Source of the DNA: a virus
Length of the DNA stretch: 64,000 nt
IMG/VR virus record: IMGVR_UViG_3300046168_000026
Span: 112,265-176,264 of that record
Direction: 5' to 3' (one strand)
Under the pieces are notes generated by a model. The model worked only from the letters and a program-made list of their open reading frames with translations, had not been told where the DNA came from and did not search any database. Both the position numbers and the translations under genes were made by a program. This document shows, piece after piece, positions 9,963 through 20,273 of the stretch. The number at the start of each line of letters is the position of its first letter. Position 1 is the first letter of the stretch.

Positions 9963-10758
9963 ATGTTAAATCAATATCGGGAACACTTTGGTTGATATAC
10001 GCTCTGAGTGCCTTTGAATCTACTGCGAATAATTCATTGTCCACGAAATGATTGATGTCTTTTTGGTCATCTGACCCATCTACTGAAAGAATCATATTTT
10101 TCATTCTTGTAGTTAACTCTCTTGAAGTCATATCTTTTAATTTACGATTTGCCTTCTTAATTGCTTCTACTTGATGTTTAACTTTTCTTTCTTTAGATTC
10201 GGTCATCGCCATAAAGGTAACCTTTCTCTTTGAGGTTGGTAAAGTGAATTCGAACTCATTTTTATGTGGTTCTACTTGATTTTCACCCTCATAATCCTTA
10301 TTTTGGAATTGAGTAAGGTCGATGTTTTCTTTTTGCTTTGTACCTGGCATAGTTGGGTCGTCAATTTCAACCTTATACTCTTTACCATACCCAAGTACTC
10401 TTGCAGCAATCATAATTGCGTTTTTATCACCTGTAACTAAATCTATGTATTTAATTGTTTCACCATCACCATTACCAACGATTAATGACTGAAATAATCT
10501 GTCTAAAACAGTTCCGTCTTTAATATATGATTGTGTGGTTAGGATATCTTCCTCTTTTGCGGTCATATACTTCATTTCAACCTTTCCACTTGATAGTGGG
10601 TTGTCTTTTGGGTATATAAGTCCTTTTGAGGGTAAATCTATAACTTCCGTAGGGAACTTATAGTCACGAACTTCTCTTTGTTCGTGGTCTTTGATAGCTT
10701 TTTGTACCATATCCTTGTCGGAAACTGGGTACTCATCTTCTAATCGTTCTTTTGCCAT
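9880..10758 (-). CDS. T4 gp26-like baseplate hub subunit / tail assembly chaperone
   Basis: Contains PTEVIDLPSKG..Y, MTAKEEDIL, GDKNAIMIAAR and a C-terminal FFWP; located between tube and tape measure. Confidence 0.75.
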   Translation of the reverse strand: MAKERLEDEYPVSDKDMVQKAIKDHEQREVRDYKFPTEVIDLPSKGLIYPKDNPLSSGKVEMKYMTAKEEDILTTQSYIKDGTVLDRLFQSLIVGNGDGETIKYIDLVTGDKNAIMIAARVLGYGKEYKVEIDDPTMPGTKQKENIDLTQFQNKDYEGENQVEPHKNEFEFTLPTSKRKVTFMAMTESKERKVKHQVEAIKKANRKLKDMTSRELTTRMKNMILSVDGSDDQKDINHFVDNELFAVDSKALRAYINQSVPDIDLTFEFVSEETGEEREMQLPMDVGFFWPSE

Positions 10759-10889
10759 AATAAAACTCGTTTTATATCTTTTTTTGTTGTACTGTACTAT
10801 AATATATATGTAACTGGACTATTATTAATACAAAAAGTCTCAAAATTGTTTTAATAATGAGACTTTAAGATTTTAAAATAGATTTTGGA

Positions 10890-11159
10890 TTATCCCCAAG
10901 TATAACTACCTTCGGTTCCTGTTAGTGTAGTTACACCACATTCAAATCCATCTGGTAAATCACCATCATAGGTAATTTTTTCTCTTCCACCATAATCGAA
11001 GCCATTAATTGGGAGTCCCCAATCTTCATTTGCTTCTTTGATTGTAAAATGTGTTGCAGCTTCTTCACCATTGTCCTTGTCTTCCCAAGTACAATATGAA
11101 TCATCACCAATCCACTCGACAATATTGTCTTCAATTCTTTTAACTATTAATTTTGCCAT
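10890..11159 (-). CDS. Small acidic hypothetical protein (moron-like insert)
   Basis: 89-aa ORF with its own AAGGAG SD and TATTTATT motif (11187..11194), between the tube terminator and the chaperone gene. Confidence 0.6.
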   Translation of the reverse strand: MAKLIVKRIEDNIVEWIGDDSYCTWEDKDNGEEAATHFTIKEANEDWGLPINGFDYGGREKITYDGDLPDGFECGVTTLTGTEGSYTWG

Positions 11160-11206
11160 ATCTTCTCTCCTTTTTGGTTAACCTTTAATAAATATGTAAA
11201 TTAAAT

Positions 11207-11236
11207 TAAAAAACCCACCTTATGGGGTGGGTTTCT
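11207..11236 (-). terminator. Rho-independent terminator after tail tube gene
   Basis: Minus strand AAACCCACC-CCATAA-GGTGGGTTT hairpin followed by a T run. Confidence 0.75.
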
Positions 11237-11263
11237 TGTTTCAATTTTTATTACAATCCGTAT

Positions 11264-11752
11264 TTAGTATTGTAGTATTGCGTAATCGTAAGTAAGTGTC
11301 ATTTCTACTGTTGCTAAATCTTCTCCTGCATAATCCATGTCTGAGAAATTAGCTGATTGAATGTATGCACCTTTAAGTGTCCACTCTTCTACTTTATCAC
11401 CAACAGGACCCAAACTGTTAAATGTGATATCTTTCTTATAGAAATCAGAGTATCCATCTCTACCTGTTACAGATTCATGATGTAGTCTTACCCACTCCAT
11501 TACTGCTTGTGCAGCGGAAGGTACGACTGGGTCGTATAAAGTGATTGCTAAATCTTGCCACTCAGAACGACCTTTTACATATCTTCTAACATTGATATGG
11601 TCGATGGTAACTTTACCATTGTTTATTTCTGGTCTGGCTGCCGTTTTCACCAAGTATGCAGGAATTCCTTCGATGTACATGATGAACCTATTTGACATTT
11701 TAGGTTCAAAGTTGGTGAACATTATTTCATTTGGGTCTAATAATTGTGCCAT
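11264..11752 (-). CDS. Tail tube protein (T4 gp19-like)
   Basis: Contains FEPKMSNRF, W.DL.ITLYDP, EWVRLHHESVTGRDGY and EEWTLKGA; follows the sheath gene. Confidence 0.9.
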   Translation of the reverse strand: MAQLLDPNEIMFTNFEPKMSNRFIMYIEGIPAYLVKTAARPEINNGKVTIDHINVRRYVKGRSEWQDLAITLYDPVVPSAAQAVMEWVRLHHESVTGRDGYSDFYKKDITFNSLGPVGDKVEEWTLKGAYIQSANFSDMDYAGEDLATVEMTLTYDYAILQY

Positions 11753-11799
11753 TTAATTCTCCGTTTTCTCTTTCTAATAAATAGTCTTTATTTTATTTT

Positions 11800-14202
11800 T
11801 TATTCAGGGAACGCTGCGCCAGTTGGAAGTACATTGAAATCAAGTACTATAAACTCTGCAGTTTTCGCTGGTTGAATAAAGATTTCTCCTTTTAAGATGT
11901 TTCTATCTATAATATCGGGTGTATTGTTTGATTCGTCCATAATAACTCGGAATGCGTAAAGACCTTGTCTTTGTTGTACTGATTCTAAGTAAGGGTTAAC
12001 TATACTTAGGAATCTGTTTCTTGTTGCTGCCGTATTATTTTCGAACAATAAATACCTTGAAGATGATGCGATGAACTTCTTCAATGCGATTAGTAATCTT
12101 CTTACATTAATTCTGTCAAGAGCTGAAGGTCTAGCTTGAAGTGTCTTCTGACCAAATACCGTAGCACCTTGTCCAGGGAATGTAGCGATTGGGTTAATTC
12201 TATTTTCGTATAATGTATCTCTCTCGTCATGAGTCAATCTTGACTTAACTTCGATTACATTTGATAAACCACCTCTATTTAAACCTGCGGGTGCGAACCA
12301 TGGTTCAGCAACTGCGTCATTAAATGCGATAACACCTGGTAATACAACACTTGGTGGTACCCAGACTGGTTTATTTTTGTCTGTATCAAGAATCTTACAC
12401 CATGGGTGATAAGTTCCGACATAGTTTGAATCGAATGAACTTAGTGAGTTAACTACTGTTGAGATTGAATCTGTGTAAGAACCTGCGTCCATTACGAAGA
12501 ATGCATCTTGTCTGTCTTCACACATATCTTTTGCAAAAGTAGTTACTGAAGAGTGTAGTCTATTGATTACACCTGGTAATACTAATAGGTTCATATCATA
12601 TTCATCAGGATTTGACATTGCGCTAATAGCTTTTCTCATTGCGATTGTACCACCTGCGGTTGCTGATGATAAATCCAATCCTTGCATATTACCTGCAACA
12701 ATGTTTGTTCCTGTTAGTACTGTTCTGTTTGGTGCGAATCCATCGAACCCACCTTGGAATGGTACTAAGAATTTTTTATTGTCTATAAGACCATCGTTTA
12801 GTGCAATTGCTGCTCCATTAGAAGTACATTGACTTAATAAGAACTTAGTTCCAACAGTTTCAGAACTTGAGTCTGGAATTGGGTTTAAGTAGTTTAAGTT
12901 ATCTGTATTTGTAAAGTCGAATGAATAACCTAAGAATGCTCTTTTGTTAAATTCATTTGCAATTGACTGGTCTGTTACATATGTAGGACTTGGTAAATTA
13001 TGTCCACTATGTATAGGTGACTTAACTGCTGCGAATCCGAAAGGAACAAGACTTGCATCAAGTGCTCCACCATCCATATCACTATTTACTTCTACTCTAA
13101 TGTTTACAGATGCGTTTGGATAATCCCCATTTGAAGTAACTTTACCATTGTTATCAACAGTAATATACTTGTCACCAATAACTCTTTTAATGTAGTTAGG
13201 TGAATTAGGGTCTAAGTTAAGTCCACTAAATTCTTCTATAATACTTGGTCTAACATCACTATCTTGAACAGTTTGACCAAATATAGAATTAGCAATTTTA
13301 GAAGTATCTACTCTTCGTAGGATAACACTAAATGTTCCGTACTCAGAACCAGGAACTTCATTTGCTGGTTTAATATCTCTAATACCAATTTTAAATTCGT
13401 AGTTTGTCGAAGTACCATGTGACAATGTGTGGAATCTAAATAAGTTTTTACTTGTACCTGATACATCTTGTGATATGATGAAAGGTGTTGAAGCTTCTTG
13501 GTATGCTTTTGTATAGTCAGTTTTTCTAAATGTATCAACTTCTACATTACAATTAGGGTCAGCTGCGAAAGATGACGATTGGAATGAATTGAAGTTCATA
13601 TATAGGTAACCAAATTCCGAACCATTTTTAGGAGATGAACCAAGTGTTTTTCCAATGTAGTTTACTGCGCTTGGGTCTAATGATGCGGTTGCTATTGCAA
13701 GTACTGCTGACTCTGATAAACCTGTTACTGCACCCGATGCACTCATATAAAGTGCGAAGTTAGATGCCGAAACATCTGGTGTTGGTGAAGCTGCTGAACC
13801 ACTCAAGTTTGTTACAAGTGACCTATCAAATGAACCTGTTGAGTTTGCAACACCACCGAAAGGTACTTTTGTAGTAGGGTGAATTACTGCTGCTACTGAA
13901 CCACTAATCTTTAATACTAAAGGTTCAACAGTATAACCACTCTGTCCTAATACTCTTACGATAGTCGCAGTTCCTGCGTCTTCTAAATATGATTGTGCAG
14001 TATAAGGTAGGTATGAATCTTCTGTCAAACCACCAAATACTTGTTGAAATTCTTGAAAGGACTCTACCTGTGTTGGTACGAATGCAGGCCCCTTTATACT
14101 TTGTCCTATAAGTGCCGCACCTATCTCTCCTATACCTTGTGGTAAGAATGAGAGGTCTTTTTCTCTTGTGAATACACCTGGACTAACAATTCTTTCTGCC
14201 AT
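11800..14202 (-). CDS. Tail sheath protein (T4 gp18-like)
   Basis: N-terminal SPGVFTREKD; C-terminal WFAPAGLNRG, NPIATFPGQG, GQKTLQ, LDRINVRRL. Confidence 0.95.
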   Translation of the reverse strand: MAERIVSPGVFTREKDLSFLPQGIGEIGAALIGQSIKGPAFVPTQVESFQEFQQVFGGLTEDSYLPYTAQSYLEDAGTATIVRVLGQSGYTVEPLVLKISGSVAAVIHPTTKVPFGGVANSTGSFDRSLVTNLSGSAASPTPDVSASNFALYMSASGAVTGLSESAVLAIATASLDPSAVNYIGKTLGSSPKNGSEFGYLYMNFNSFQSSSFAADPNCNVEVDTFRKTDYTKAYQEASTPFIISQDVSGTSKNLFRFHTLSHGTSTNYEFKIGIRDIKPANEVPGSEYGTFSVILRRVDTSKIANSIFGQTVQDSDVRPSIIEEFSGLNLDPNSPNYIKRVIGDKYITVDNNGKVTSNGDYPNASVNIRVEVNSDMDGGALDASLVPFGFAAVKSPIHSGHNLPSPTYVTDQSIANEFNKRAFLGYSFDFTNTDNLNYLNPIPDSSSETVGTKFLLSQCTSNGAAIALNDGLIDNKKFLVPFQGGFDGFAPNRTVLTGTNIVAGNMQGLDLSSATAGGTIAMRKAISAMSNPDEYDMNLLVLPGVINRLHSSVTTFAKDMCEDRQDAFFVMDAGSYTDSISTVVNSLSSFDSNYVGTYHPWCKILDTDKNKPVWVPPSVVLPGVIAFNDAVAEPWFAPAGLNRGGLSNVIEVKSRLTHDERDTLYENRINPIATFPGQGATVFGQKTLQARPSALDRINVRRLLIALKKFIASSSRYLLFENNTAATRNRFLSIVNPYLESVQQRQGLYAFRVIMDESNNTPDIIDRNILKGEIFIQPAKTAEFIVLDFNVLPTGAAFPE

Positions 14203-14239
14203 TATTTTCTCCTAAATTAAATCTTTGGGTTTACCTTTA

Positions 14240-14247
14240 TATAAATA
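14240..14247 (-). promoter_or_regulatory. Putative late promoter TATTTATA (sheath)
   Basis: Motif ~40 nt upstream of the sheath ATG, which has an AGGAG SD. Confidence 0.6.
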
Positions 14248-14272
14248 CTCCAAAAATTTCCAAAACGAATAC

Positions 14273-14554
14273 TTATTTGTTAGGTGTGAAAGTATTTGTA
14301 GCCACATCGTAAGTTCCCTCACCATATTTAGCTCTCAACTCCACACTTAATTCTCTTTCCTCGTTGGATAATTCTCTGTAAGATTCCATCAAAGTGTTCT
14401 TTTCAAGTTTCATTTCATTGAATTGGGCTTCCATGTTTTGAATACCAATTTCAATCTCACCTAACCTTGATGTAATTGATAGAGTTTTACTTTGAATTTC
14501 CGTAATTTTTTTAACTTCTTCTTCCGAAAAACTTTTTATTTCTTTTTCTGCCAT
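14273..14554 (-). CDS. Small coiled-coil protein
   Basis: 93 aa, heptad-rich, ends KYGEGTYD; has its own TATTTATA at 14581..14588. Confidence 0.6.
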   Translation of the reverse strand: MAEKEIKSFSEEEVKKITEIQSKTLSITSRLGEIEIGIQNMEAQFNEMKLEKNTLMESYRELSNEERELSVELRAKYGEGTYDVATNTFTPNK

Positions 14555-14596
14555 AACATATTAATTTTATTTACTACACTTATAAATATGGAAAAA

Positions 14597-15436
14597 TTAT
14601 TCATTACCACTCTTTTTAGAGATTTTAATGCCAGAAAGACTTGGGTCTTCTGAAAATGAAACTTTTCCAATCGATACTGTTCGTTTAGTATTGTTGTTTA
14701 GTCCGACATATTCTGGAACGATATAAGCCTTAGTTACTAAAGATATTGTTGCTTTAGTAATTCTATCTTGACCCATCTCGGACATTGTTTCAAATGAGTA
14801 AGAATCACCTTTTATTACAAACTTATATCTTTCACCAAAAGAACGACCTTGGAAAAATACAATTTGCTCTACAACTTTGTTAACTTGTTCCATATAGTCA
14901 CACCAAACTATCACTTCATATTGTAAATCAACATAATCAGGTCTTTCAACTGACATAAATTCTTTCTTTGGATTTTCTCCTGTCAGTATTGCAAATTGGT
15001 CGTACTTATTAAGTTTATTGTACTTTCTTTCAAAGAACTGATGTGTATCTTCGTTTTGTGCAACTTTTAATTTTGCTAAATCGGTGTTTACTGATAGATT
15101 ATCTCTTTTAAAAACAATAACGGGAGTTAACATCATTCCGTTTTCGTCTCTCATAAACCCATCTCGTTGTGCACTTGCCCACTTTTCAGGTGATGCATAC
15201 ATTACAGGAACAGGATAAAATCTTCCATCATCCTCAACAGTTGGTCTTACATCCTTTTCTAAAAAGTTTTTAAATGCAGAATCGATATCGTAAATACCAA
15301 CACTTACATTTTTTACATTATCCTTATCCCTTCTATACTGCTTTGCTTTATTTAATATAGGGTCAGGTGATGTAGAAGATTGTGTTTGTATAATCTGAGG
15401 TTTCGAGTTGTCTGTATTTCTGTATTTAGTTGCCAT
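14597..15436 (-). CDS. Tail terminator/sheath stabiliser (T4 gp15-like)
   Basis: Contains VPVMYASPEKW and PDYVDLQYEVIVW; follows the neck genes and precedes the sheath. Confidence 0.6.
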   Translation of the reverse strand: MATKYRNTDNSKPQIIQTQSSTSPDPILNKAKQYRRDKDNVKNVSVGIYDIDSAFKNFLEKDVRPTVEDDGRFYPVPVMYASPEKWASAQRDGFMRDENGMMLTPVIVFKRDNLSVNTDLAKLKVAQNEDTHQFFERKYNKLNKYDQFAILTGENPKKEFMSVERPDYVDLQYEVIVWCDYMEQVNKVVEQIVFFQGRSFGERYKFVIKGDSYSFETMSEMGQDRITKATISLVTKAYIVPEYVGLNNNTKRTVSIGKVSFSEDPSLSGIKISKKSGNE

Positions 15437-15439
15437 CGT

Positions 15440-15967
15440 TTATAGTCCCATTGGTACTTCGTTATCATTTTGGTTTGAATTACCGAATCTTGTTTCTACT
15501 AATTTAATACTTGTTTGTCTTGTAACATGACTATCACATATAATAGATACATTTAAACCTTGAGCATCACCACCATCCCAATACTGAGGATTCTTTCCTG
15601 CAAAGTATTGATATGAGTATGATGCGTCTATTAGATGATATTCATTATTCCATTGTACAATATCACCAACTGCAGGTACTAAATCTTTTTCTTTTAATGT
15701 ATCTCTTAAAAACTTAAACTGAACTTCACGAGAATATGATTGTCCAAACTCATCAGATATTTGTGCTGCTTGATTTCTTTCTACTAAACATGGTATTTTT
15801 ATTGGATTGTGAAATACTTTATTGTCACCCTCACCATATAAATTAGATTTGGTTTCAGTAATCGCAACCATATAGTAATACACTTCTGTATCAATTATAT
15901 CATTAATGAGTTCTTTGTTCAATTTATTAAACAAACTCATATCTCTTTGTCCACCGAACAATGCCAT
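15440..15967 (-). CDS. Neck/head-closure protein (T4 gp14-like)
   Basis: Contains VYYY...NLYGE and PAVGDIV.WNNEY; gp13-gp14-gp15 synteny. Confidence 0.6.
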   Translation of the reverse strand: MALFGGQRDMSLFNKLNKELINDIIDTEVYYYMVAITETKSNLYGEGDNKVFHNPIKIPCLVERNQAAQISDEFGQSYSREVQFKFLRDTLKEKDLVPAVGDIVQWNNEYHLIDASYSYQYFAGKNPQYWDGGDAQGLNVSIICDSHVTRQTSIKLVETRFGNSNQNDNEVPMGL

Positions 15968-15970
15968 AAA

Positions 15971-17134
15971 TTACCCTATAAAAATTGGTCTTGGTACTCT
16001 GTTTAAAGTTTCCTCTAAGTATTCAGACTCTTCTTTTTTTGCTTCCATTAATGCTCTACGAGAAGTTGATTCTAACATTTCTTTCAAGTCAGTTAACAAA
16101 GTTTCTTTTTCAGCCGAAGCTTCATTTCTTAAATCAGACCCATCAAGTGTTACATCTGCACCTGGTATAGGAATAGAACTAAATTTAGCTCTGATAGCAC
16201 CTAACATTTCTTTTGCTAATGCCAATGCGTATCGTGCAATCCATTGTTTACCTGCACTATTGATATTAGTATATGTTAATCTTCCAAATGGTGCGTTTGA
16301 TAAATCACTTACAACATTTGAATTTGCAATTGGTGATTTACTTTCACTTTCTAATGTATAATCGAAATATACTTTTGCACCTGTATCTTTTCCTTGAGGG
16401 AATGGATATAATCTAATTCGTTGTCCATCTATATGGAATCCATATGATGATTTTCTAATATAATCATTAAATTCAATTGCTTGTAATCTTAATAAGTCAT
16501 CAAACATTGGTTGCATCATGAATGAAACACCTGGCGAGTAATTACCCCATCCAAAAGTTTCTAACATTTGCTGAGAACCTAATCCTGTTCCGATGAATGG
16601 GTCAAAGTATCTTATGATTGCTGGTGGTTGTGTATGGAATACTCGTCTAAGTACGATACCATCATTTACTGAACCATTTTCTAAGTTCACCACATTTGCA
16701 TCAGATAAATCATAAATTTGTTTACCTGCCACCATTTCAAAAGAACCTGTATATACTGTTACTCGTCCACCACTTAATGCTTCAGTACCATAATCTTTTG
16801 CTATACTAACCATACCATTTAGATTTGGTGCAATCTCAGTATCAGACAAATCAGTACCTAAAGCAGTACCTTGTATTGACAACATATTTTCTTTTGCTCT
16901 GTATTGATTTACTTGTGAAGAGTATTCGTTAGCTGCTTCTTCAAGACAAGTAAAAAAGTTTATATCTTGCAACTCGACATCTACGATTGGGTATCCCAAT
17001 CTCTTCGCACACCATTCTGCTACTTTCGGAGCGTCATTCTGAAATTGAGTATCAGAATCAAAGAATCCGAAAGGAGTTGATGAACCACTTGAAAATGAAC
17101 CTGAACCAGGCCATATTGGAATGTTTACTGCCAT
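15971..17134 (-). CDS. Neck protein (T4 gp13-like)
   Basis: Contains RLGYPIVDVEL, WIARYALALAKEMLG.IRAKF..IPIPG..VTLDG and terminal PIFIG. Confidence 0.75.
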   Translation of the reverse strand: MAVNIPIWPGSGSFSSGSSTPFGFFDSDTQFQNDAPKVAEWCAKRLGYPIVDVELQDINFFTCLEEAANEYSSQVNQYRAKENMLSIQGTALGTDLSDTEIAPNLNGMVSIAKDYGTEALSGGRVTVYTGSFEMVAGKQIYDLSDANVVNLENGSVNDGIVLRRVFHTQPPAIIRYFDPFIGTGLGSQQMLETFGWGNYSPGVSFMMQPMFDDLLRLQAIEFNDYIRKSSYGFHIDGQRIRLYPFPQGKDTGAKVYFDYTLESESKSPIANSNVVSDLSNAPFGRLTYTNINSAGKQWIARYALALAKEMLGAIRAKFSSIPIPGADVTLDGSDLRNEASAEKETLLTDLKEMLESTSRRALMEAKKEESEYLEETLNRVPRPIFIG

Positions 17135-17152
17135 TTAATTCTCCTCTATGTA

Positions 17153-17160
17153 TATAAATA
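17153..17160 (-). promoter_or_regulatory. Putative late promoter TATTTATA (neck operon)
   Basis: Motif upstream of the GAGGAG SD and the gp13-like ATG. Confidence 0.6.
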
Positions 17161-17169
17161 TGGAAATAA

Positions 17170-18981
17170 TTAGCTTTCCCTATTTTCCATGAACGAAACT
17201 ACAATATAACGAGTACCTTTAGTGGTTGCACGCGCTCCATGCTTATGAGTTATATTGCCAGGATGTAATGTTGCGTAACCAATTGGATTTTTTACTAACT
17301 TCTTTTGTCTTCTGAACCAAGTACCACCACCTTCGTATTCATCTAAATCTGATAGTTGTACTAAACAAGTAATATCTGCCCTATCGTGATGTATTCCCAA
17401 GTGTCCTTGTGCAGTTGGTATATATTTTGCTAAAAAGTTTTCGGAACTCATACTATCCCATCCTTTACCTTCTAACGCCCATAAATATACTGCAACTTGC
17501 ATAACATAGTCTTTCAATACATCATTATATATCTCGTCCATTCCAATTTCTGTTATCAACATATCAGTTGTTGGGTAATTTTCATGTCGGTCAAAAGTCC
17601 ATCTATTAGAATGTTCGGCTTCTTCTCTAATCATTTTACAAAATTCTTCAGTAAATAAAGGAAATTGAAAACAACTATCAAATGGTTCGTCTACTATCAA
17701 ATCCCATTCCTTTGTACGAGCTGAATATGATATGAATTTTTTTGTCCACTCATCTTTGTTGTCCCAATATGTGTATAGTTCTGGATGAAGTTTTTCAAAT
17801 CCAAAATCTTCTGGCGGAGTAAATCCTCTTGCCTCATCTGGTAACTTATCATTCACCAAATTATACCACTCTACATATCTGTCACTCCAATTTTGTTTTC
17901 TTGCAAATTGTTCAGCACTATCTAACAACTTCTTGTGTTCTTTTACTTGTTGACTTGAAAAAGCAAATGCTGCGATAAATGTATATCGCATAAGGCCTGT
18001 ATTTTTATTTTCCCATTTGTAGTTATCAGGGGAACTATCATCAAATGGAGTTTCACCTGACTCATGAGTATGTGAACTTATTAATGTACTTTTATTATCG
18101 AGTAAGTGTTTTAAATTACCTGTATCAGATGATAGAAGTTTAACTCTACCCATCATCATTTCAAGAGCAGTTATACAATATGTTTCAGGATACTGAGATG
18201 GGTAAATCCACCACTCAGAAGATTTAATTTGTTTGTATAACTCAGATGGATTTAGTGAACCTAAATAATGTACATCAAAGTCTCTTTCATAAGTTGGGTA
18301 ATCTTTTTTTATTCGTTCTAAAGTGTCCCAATCATTAGTATAAGGTGGTGATGCAACCCACAAAGTTAAATTAGGATTAATGTTTTTTAAATCATCCCAA
18401 ATATTTAACAGATTCCACAATCCTCTATCAGGTCCAGATGTGTAAATTACTTTGTCTTTAAATTTTTCTTGTTGGATGGAATCAAAGTCGGATGGGTTTA
18501 TAGCATTTCCTATAACTTTAACCTTTTCAGAGTTTAAATTATATTTTTTCACTAATTGACCCTTTTGCCACTCTGATACTGCGATTATATTTGTTAATTT
18601 AGGATGGTTTAGATAATCTACTCCATCATTTGGAAGAGTCTCACCATTATACCATGAATAGAACTCTAAATTATGTATCCAAAAGTAAGAACTATCGAAT
18701 GTTATATTTTTATCTTCTAAAACTTTAAAGTAATGAATGTAATTTGATGCAATAACAACATCAAAGTGTTGATTGTTATCAATACTGTCATAATCAATAA
18801 ATTTTAGATTATTTGTTTGACTATTTGAAACTTCACCTGTAATTATTACCTCGTGACCTTTCTTTTCAAACTCTTTAGCTAAGTTAATGACGCAATATTC
18901 AGAACCACCCATACCTTTTTGTTTTAGTATGGTGTCATTAATTGGTTCGTTTTGATATCCTACTGTAAATAAAACTCTCAT
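17170..18981 (-). CDS. GT4-type glycosyltransferase fused to a PLOD/lysyl-hydroxylase-like 2OG-Fe(II) dioxygenase
   Basis: N-terminus has GT-B motifs GMGGSE, IIAVSEWQ and YPETYCITALE. C-terminus FPLFTEEFC..ENYPTTD..NFLAKY..HHD..YEGGGTWF..LHPGNITHKHG..GTRYIVVSF parallels the procollagen-lysine hydroxylase catalytic domain. Confidence 0.85.
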   Translation of the reverse strand: MRVLFTVGYQNEPINDTILKQKGMGGSEYCVINLAKEFEKKGHEVIITGEVSNSQTNNLKFIDYDSIDNNQHFDVVIASNYIHYFKVLEDKNITFDSSYFWIHNLEFYSWYNGETLPNDGVDYLNHPKLTNIIAVSEWQKGQLVKKYNLNSEKVKVIGNAINPSDFDSIQQEKFKDKVIYTSGPDRGLWNLLNIWDDLKNINPNLTLWVASPPYTNDWDTLERIKKDYPTYERDFDVHYLGSLNPSELYKQIKSSEWWIYPSQYPETYCITALEMMMGRVKLLSSDTGNLKHLLDNKSTLISSHTHESGETPFDDSSPDNYKWENKNTGLMRYTFIAAFAFSSQQVKEHKKLLDSAEQFARKQNWSDRYVEWYNLVNDKLPDEARGFTPPEDFGFEKLHPELYTYWDNKDEWTKKFISYSARTKEWDLIVDEPFDSCFQFPLFTEEFCKMIREEAEHSNRWTFDRHENYPTTDMLITEIGMDEIYNDVLKDYVMQVAVYLWALEGKGWDSMSSENFLAKYIPTAQGHLGIHHDRADITCLVQLSDLDEYEGGGTWFRRQKKLVKNPIGYATLHPGNITHKHGARATTKGTRYIVVSFMENRES

Positions 18982-18983
18982 AT

Positions 18984-20270
18984 CTATTCTACTATATAAT
19001 TAACAAATTCTTCGTTTTTACCATATCTGTCATAATCTCTATAACTGATATCTTTTATTGAATGGTTTTTTTCATAATCCCACATCCAATCTTCTTTTCC
19101 TAATTCCTCAAATCTATCCTTTATTTGAGTATCATAATAATCTCTAATTAACCTTGCTCTTCGGTTAATATCAACTCTATTGTTGTCAACAGTAGAGTCT
19201 CCATTATTATATTGTACATATAACATTTTTTTAAGATGAATAAATTTAGTTTCTAAAAATGTTTTAATAATTAATTCTAAATCATCTGCGACTGAAATAT
19301 TTCTATTGTGTCCTCTGATTTTATGATACACATCTCGATTCCAAACTCTACAATGGTTTGGCATCCCAATATTAAATCTAATTGTTTTTGGATTTATTTC
19401 AGGATAATGATGTACTAACCACTCTTTATCATCAATCTCTTGCCAAGTATGACCTGCGTAACCCCATACAAATCCATTCTCAGAATGACCATACCAATCA
19501 TCACCTATGTAACCATATATTCTCGGTGAATTATCCTTTTCAACTTCAGTTACATCTGTATAAATAAATCCAGCATCTGTATGTTTCTTACTTGCATCAA
19601 GAACATCTTCTAAACAAGTTGATATTAACCAATCATCGTGGTCTAATTCAAATAACCACTCACCATTACATAACATTGCCGCTCTATGTTTAGCCTCACC
19701 AACATTTCCACCTGATATTGGTGATATTCTATATGGTTTTACCCTATAATCTAATTTAGCTATATGATTTATCATTTGCCAAGTTAAATGATGGTCTTCT
19801 GGTGAATCATCTACCACAACCCACTCCCAATTCTGATATGTTTGTTCTAATAGAGATTTGTATGTTCTAAATATTCTATTTTCAGTTTTATATGTTGGAG
19901 TGAATACTGATAATAGTGGTGAATCTTCATTACTATAAACTCTATTTGATTCACATGACCAAAAAGTTGACTGACAAACTACATCATTCGCTATTACATT
20001 ATCAGGATAAATTTCTTCTGCATTAACTATCTTAGATTTTACAATATCATCGGTTACATTTTGTAATTCCGATGGAATTTCACCTATTACATAAATAATA
20101 TCAGCTTTATGTTTGGATAAATGTGATTTCCAATTTTTAGCATCTCTGTATGAATAAATTACAACATTTTCGAATAAATCTTCTTCGTGATAGATGTCGG
20201 ATGTTAATTCGTATTTACCAAATCGTTTCCAACCATATACTAATGCCGTTGGTAAAGTAGTCTTTTGCAT
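18984..20270 (-). CDS. GT2 family glycosyltransferase
   Basis: Contains SVFTPTY, SLLEQTYQNWEWVVVDDS, ELDHDD (DxD) and ADDLEL. Confidence 0.9.
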   Translation of the reverse strand: MQKTTLPTALVYGWKRFGKYELTSDIYHEEDLFENVVIYSYRDAKNWKSHLSKHKADIIYVIGEIPSELQNVTDDIVKSKIVNAEEIYPDNVIANDVVCQSTFWSCESNRVYSNEDSPLLSVFTPTYKTENRIFRTYKSLLEQTYQNWEWVVVDDSPEDHHLTWQMINHIAKLDYRVKPYRISPISGGNVGEAKHRAAMLCNGEWLFELDHDDWLISTCLEDVLDASKKHTDAGFIYTDVTEVEKDNSPRIYGYIGDDWYGHSENGFVWGYAGHTWQEIDDKEWLVHHYPEINPKTIRFNIGMPNHCRVWNRDVYHKIRGHNRNISVADDLELIIKTFLETKFIHLKKMLYVQYNNGDSTVDNNRVDINRRARLIRDYYDTQIKDRFEELGKEDWMWDYEKNHSIKDISYRDYDRYGKNEEFVNYIVE

Positions 20271-20273
20271 ATC

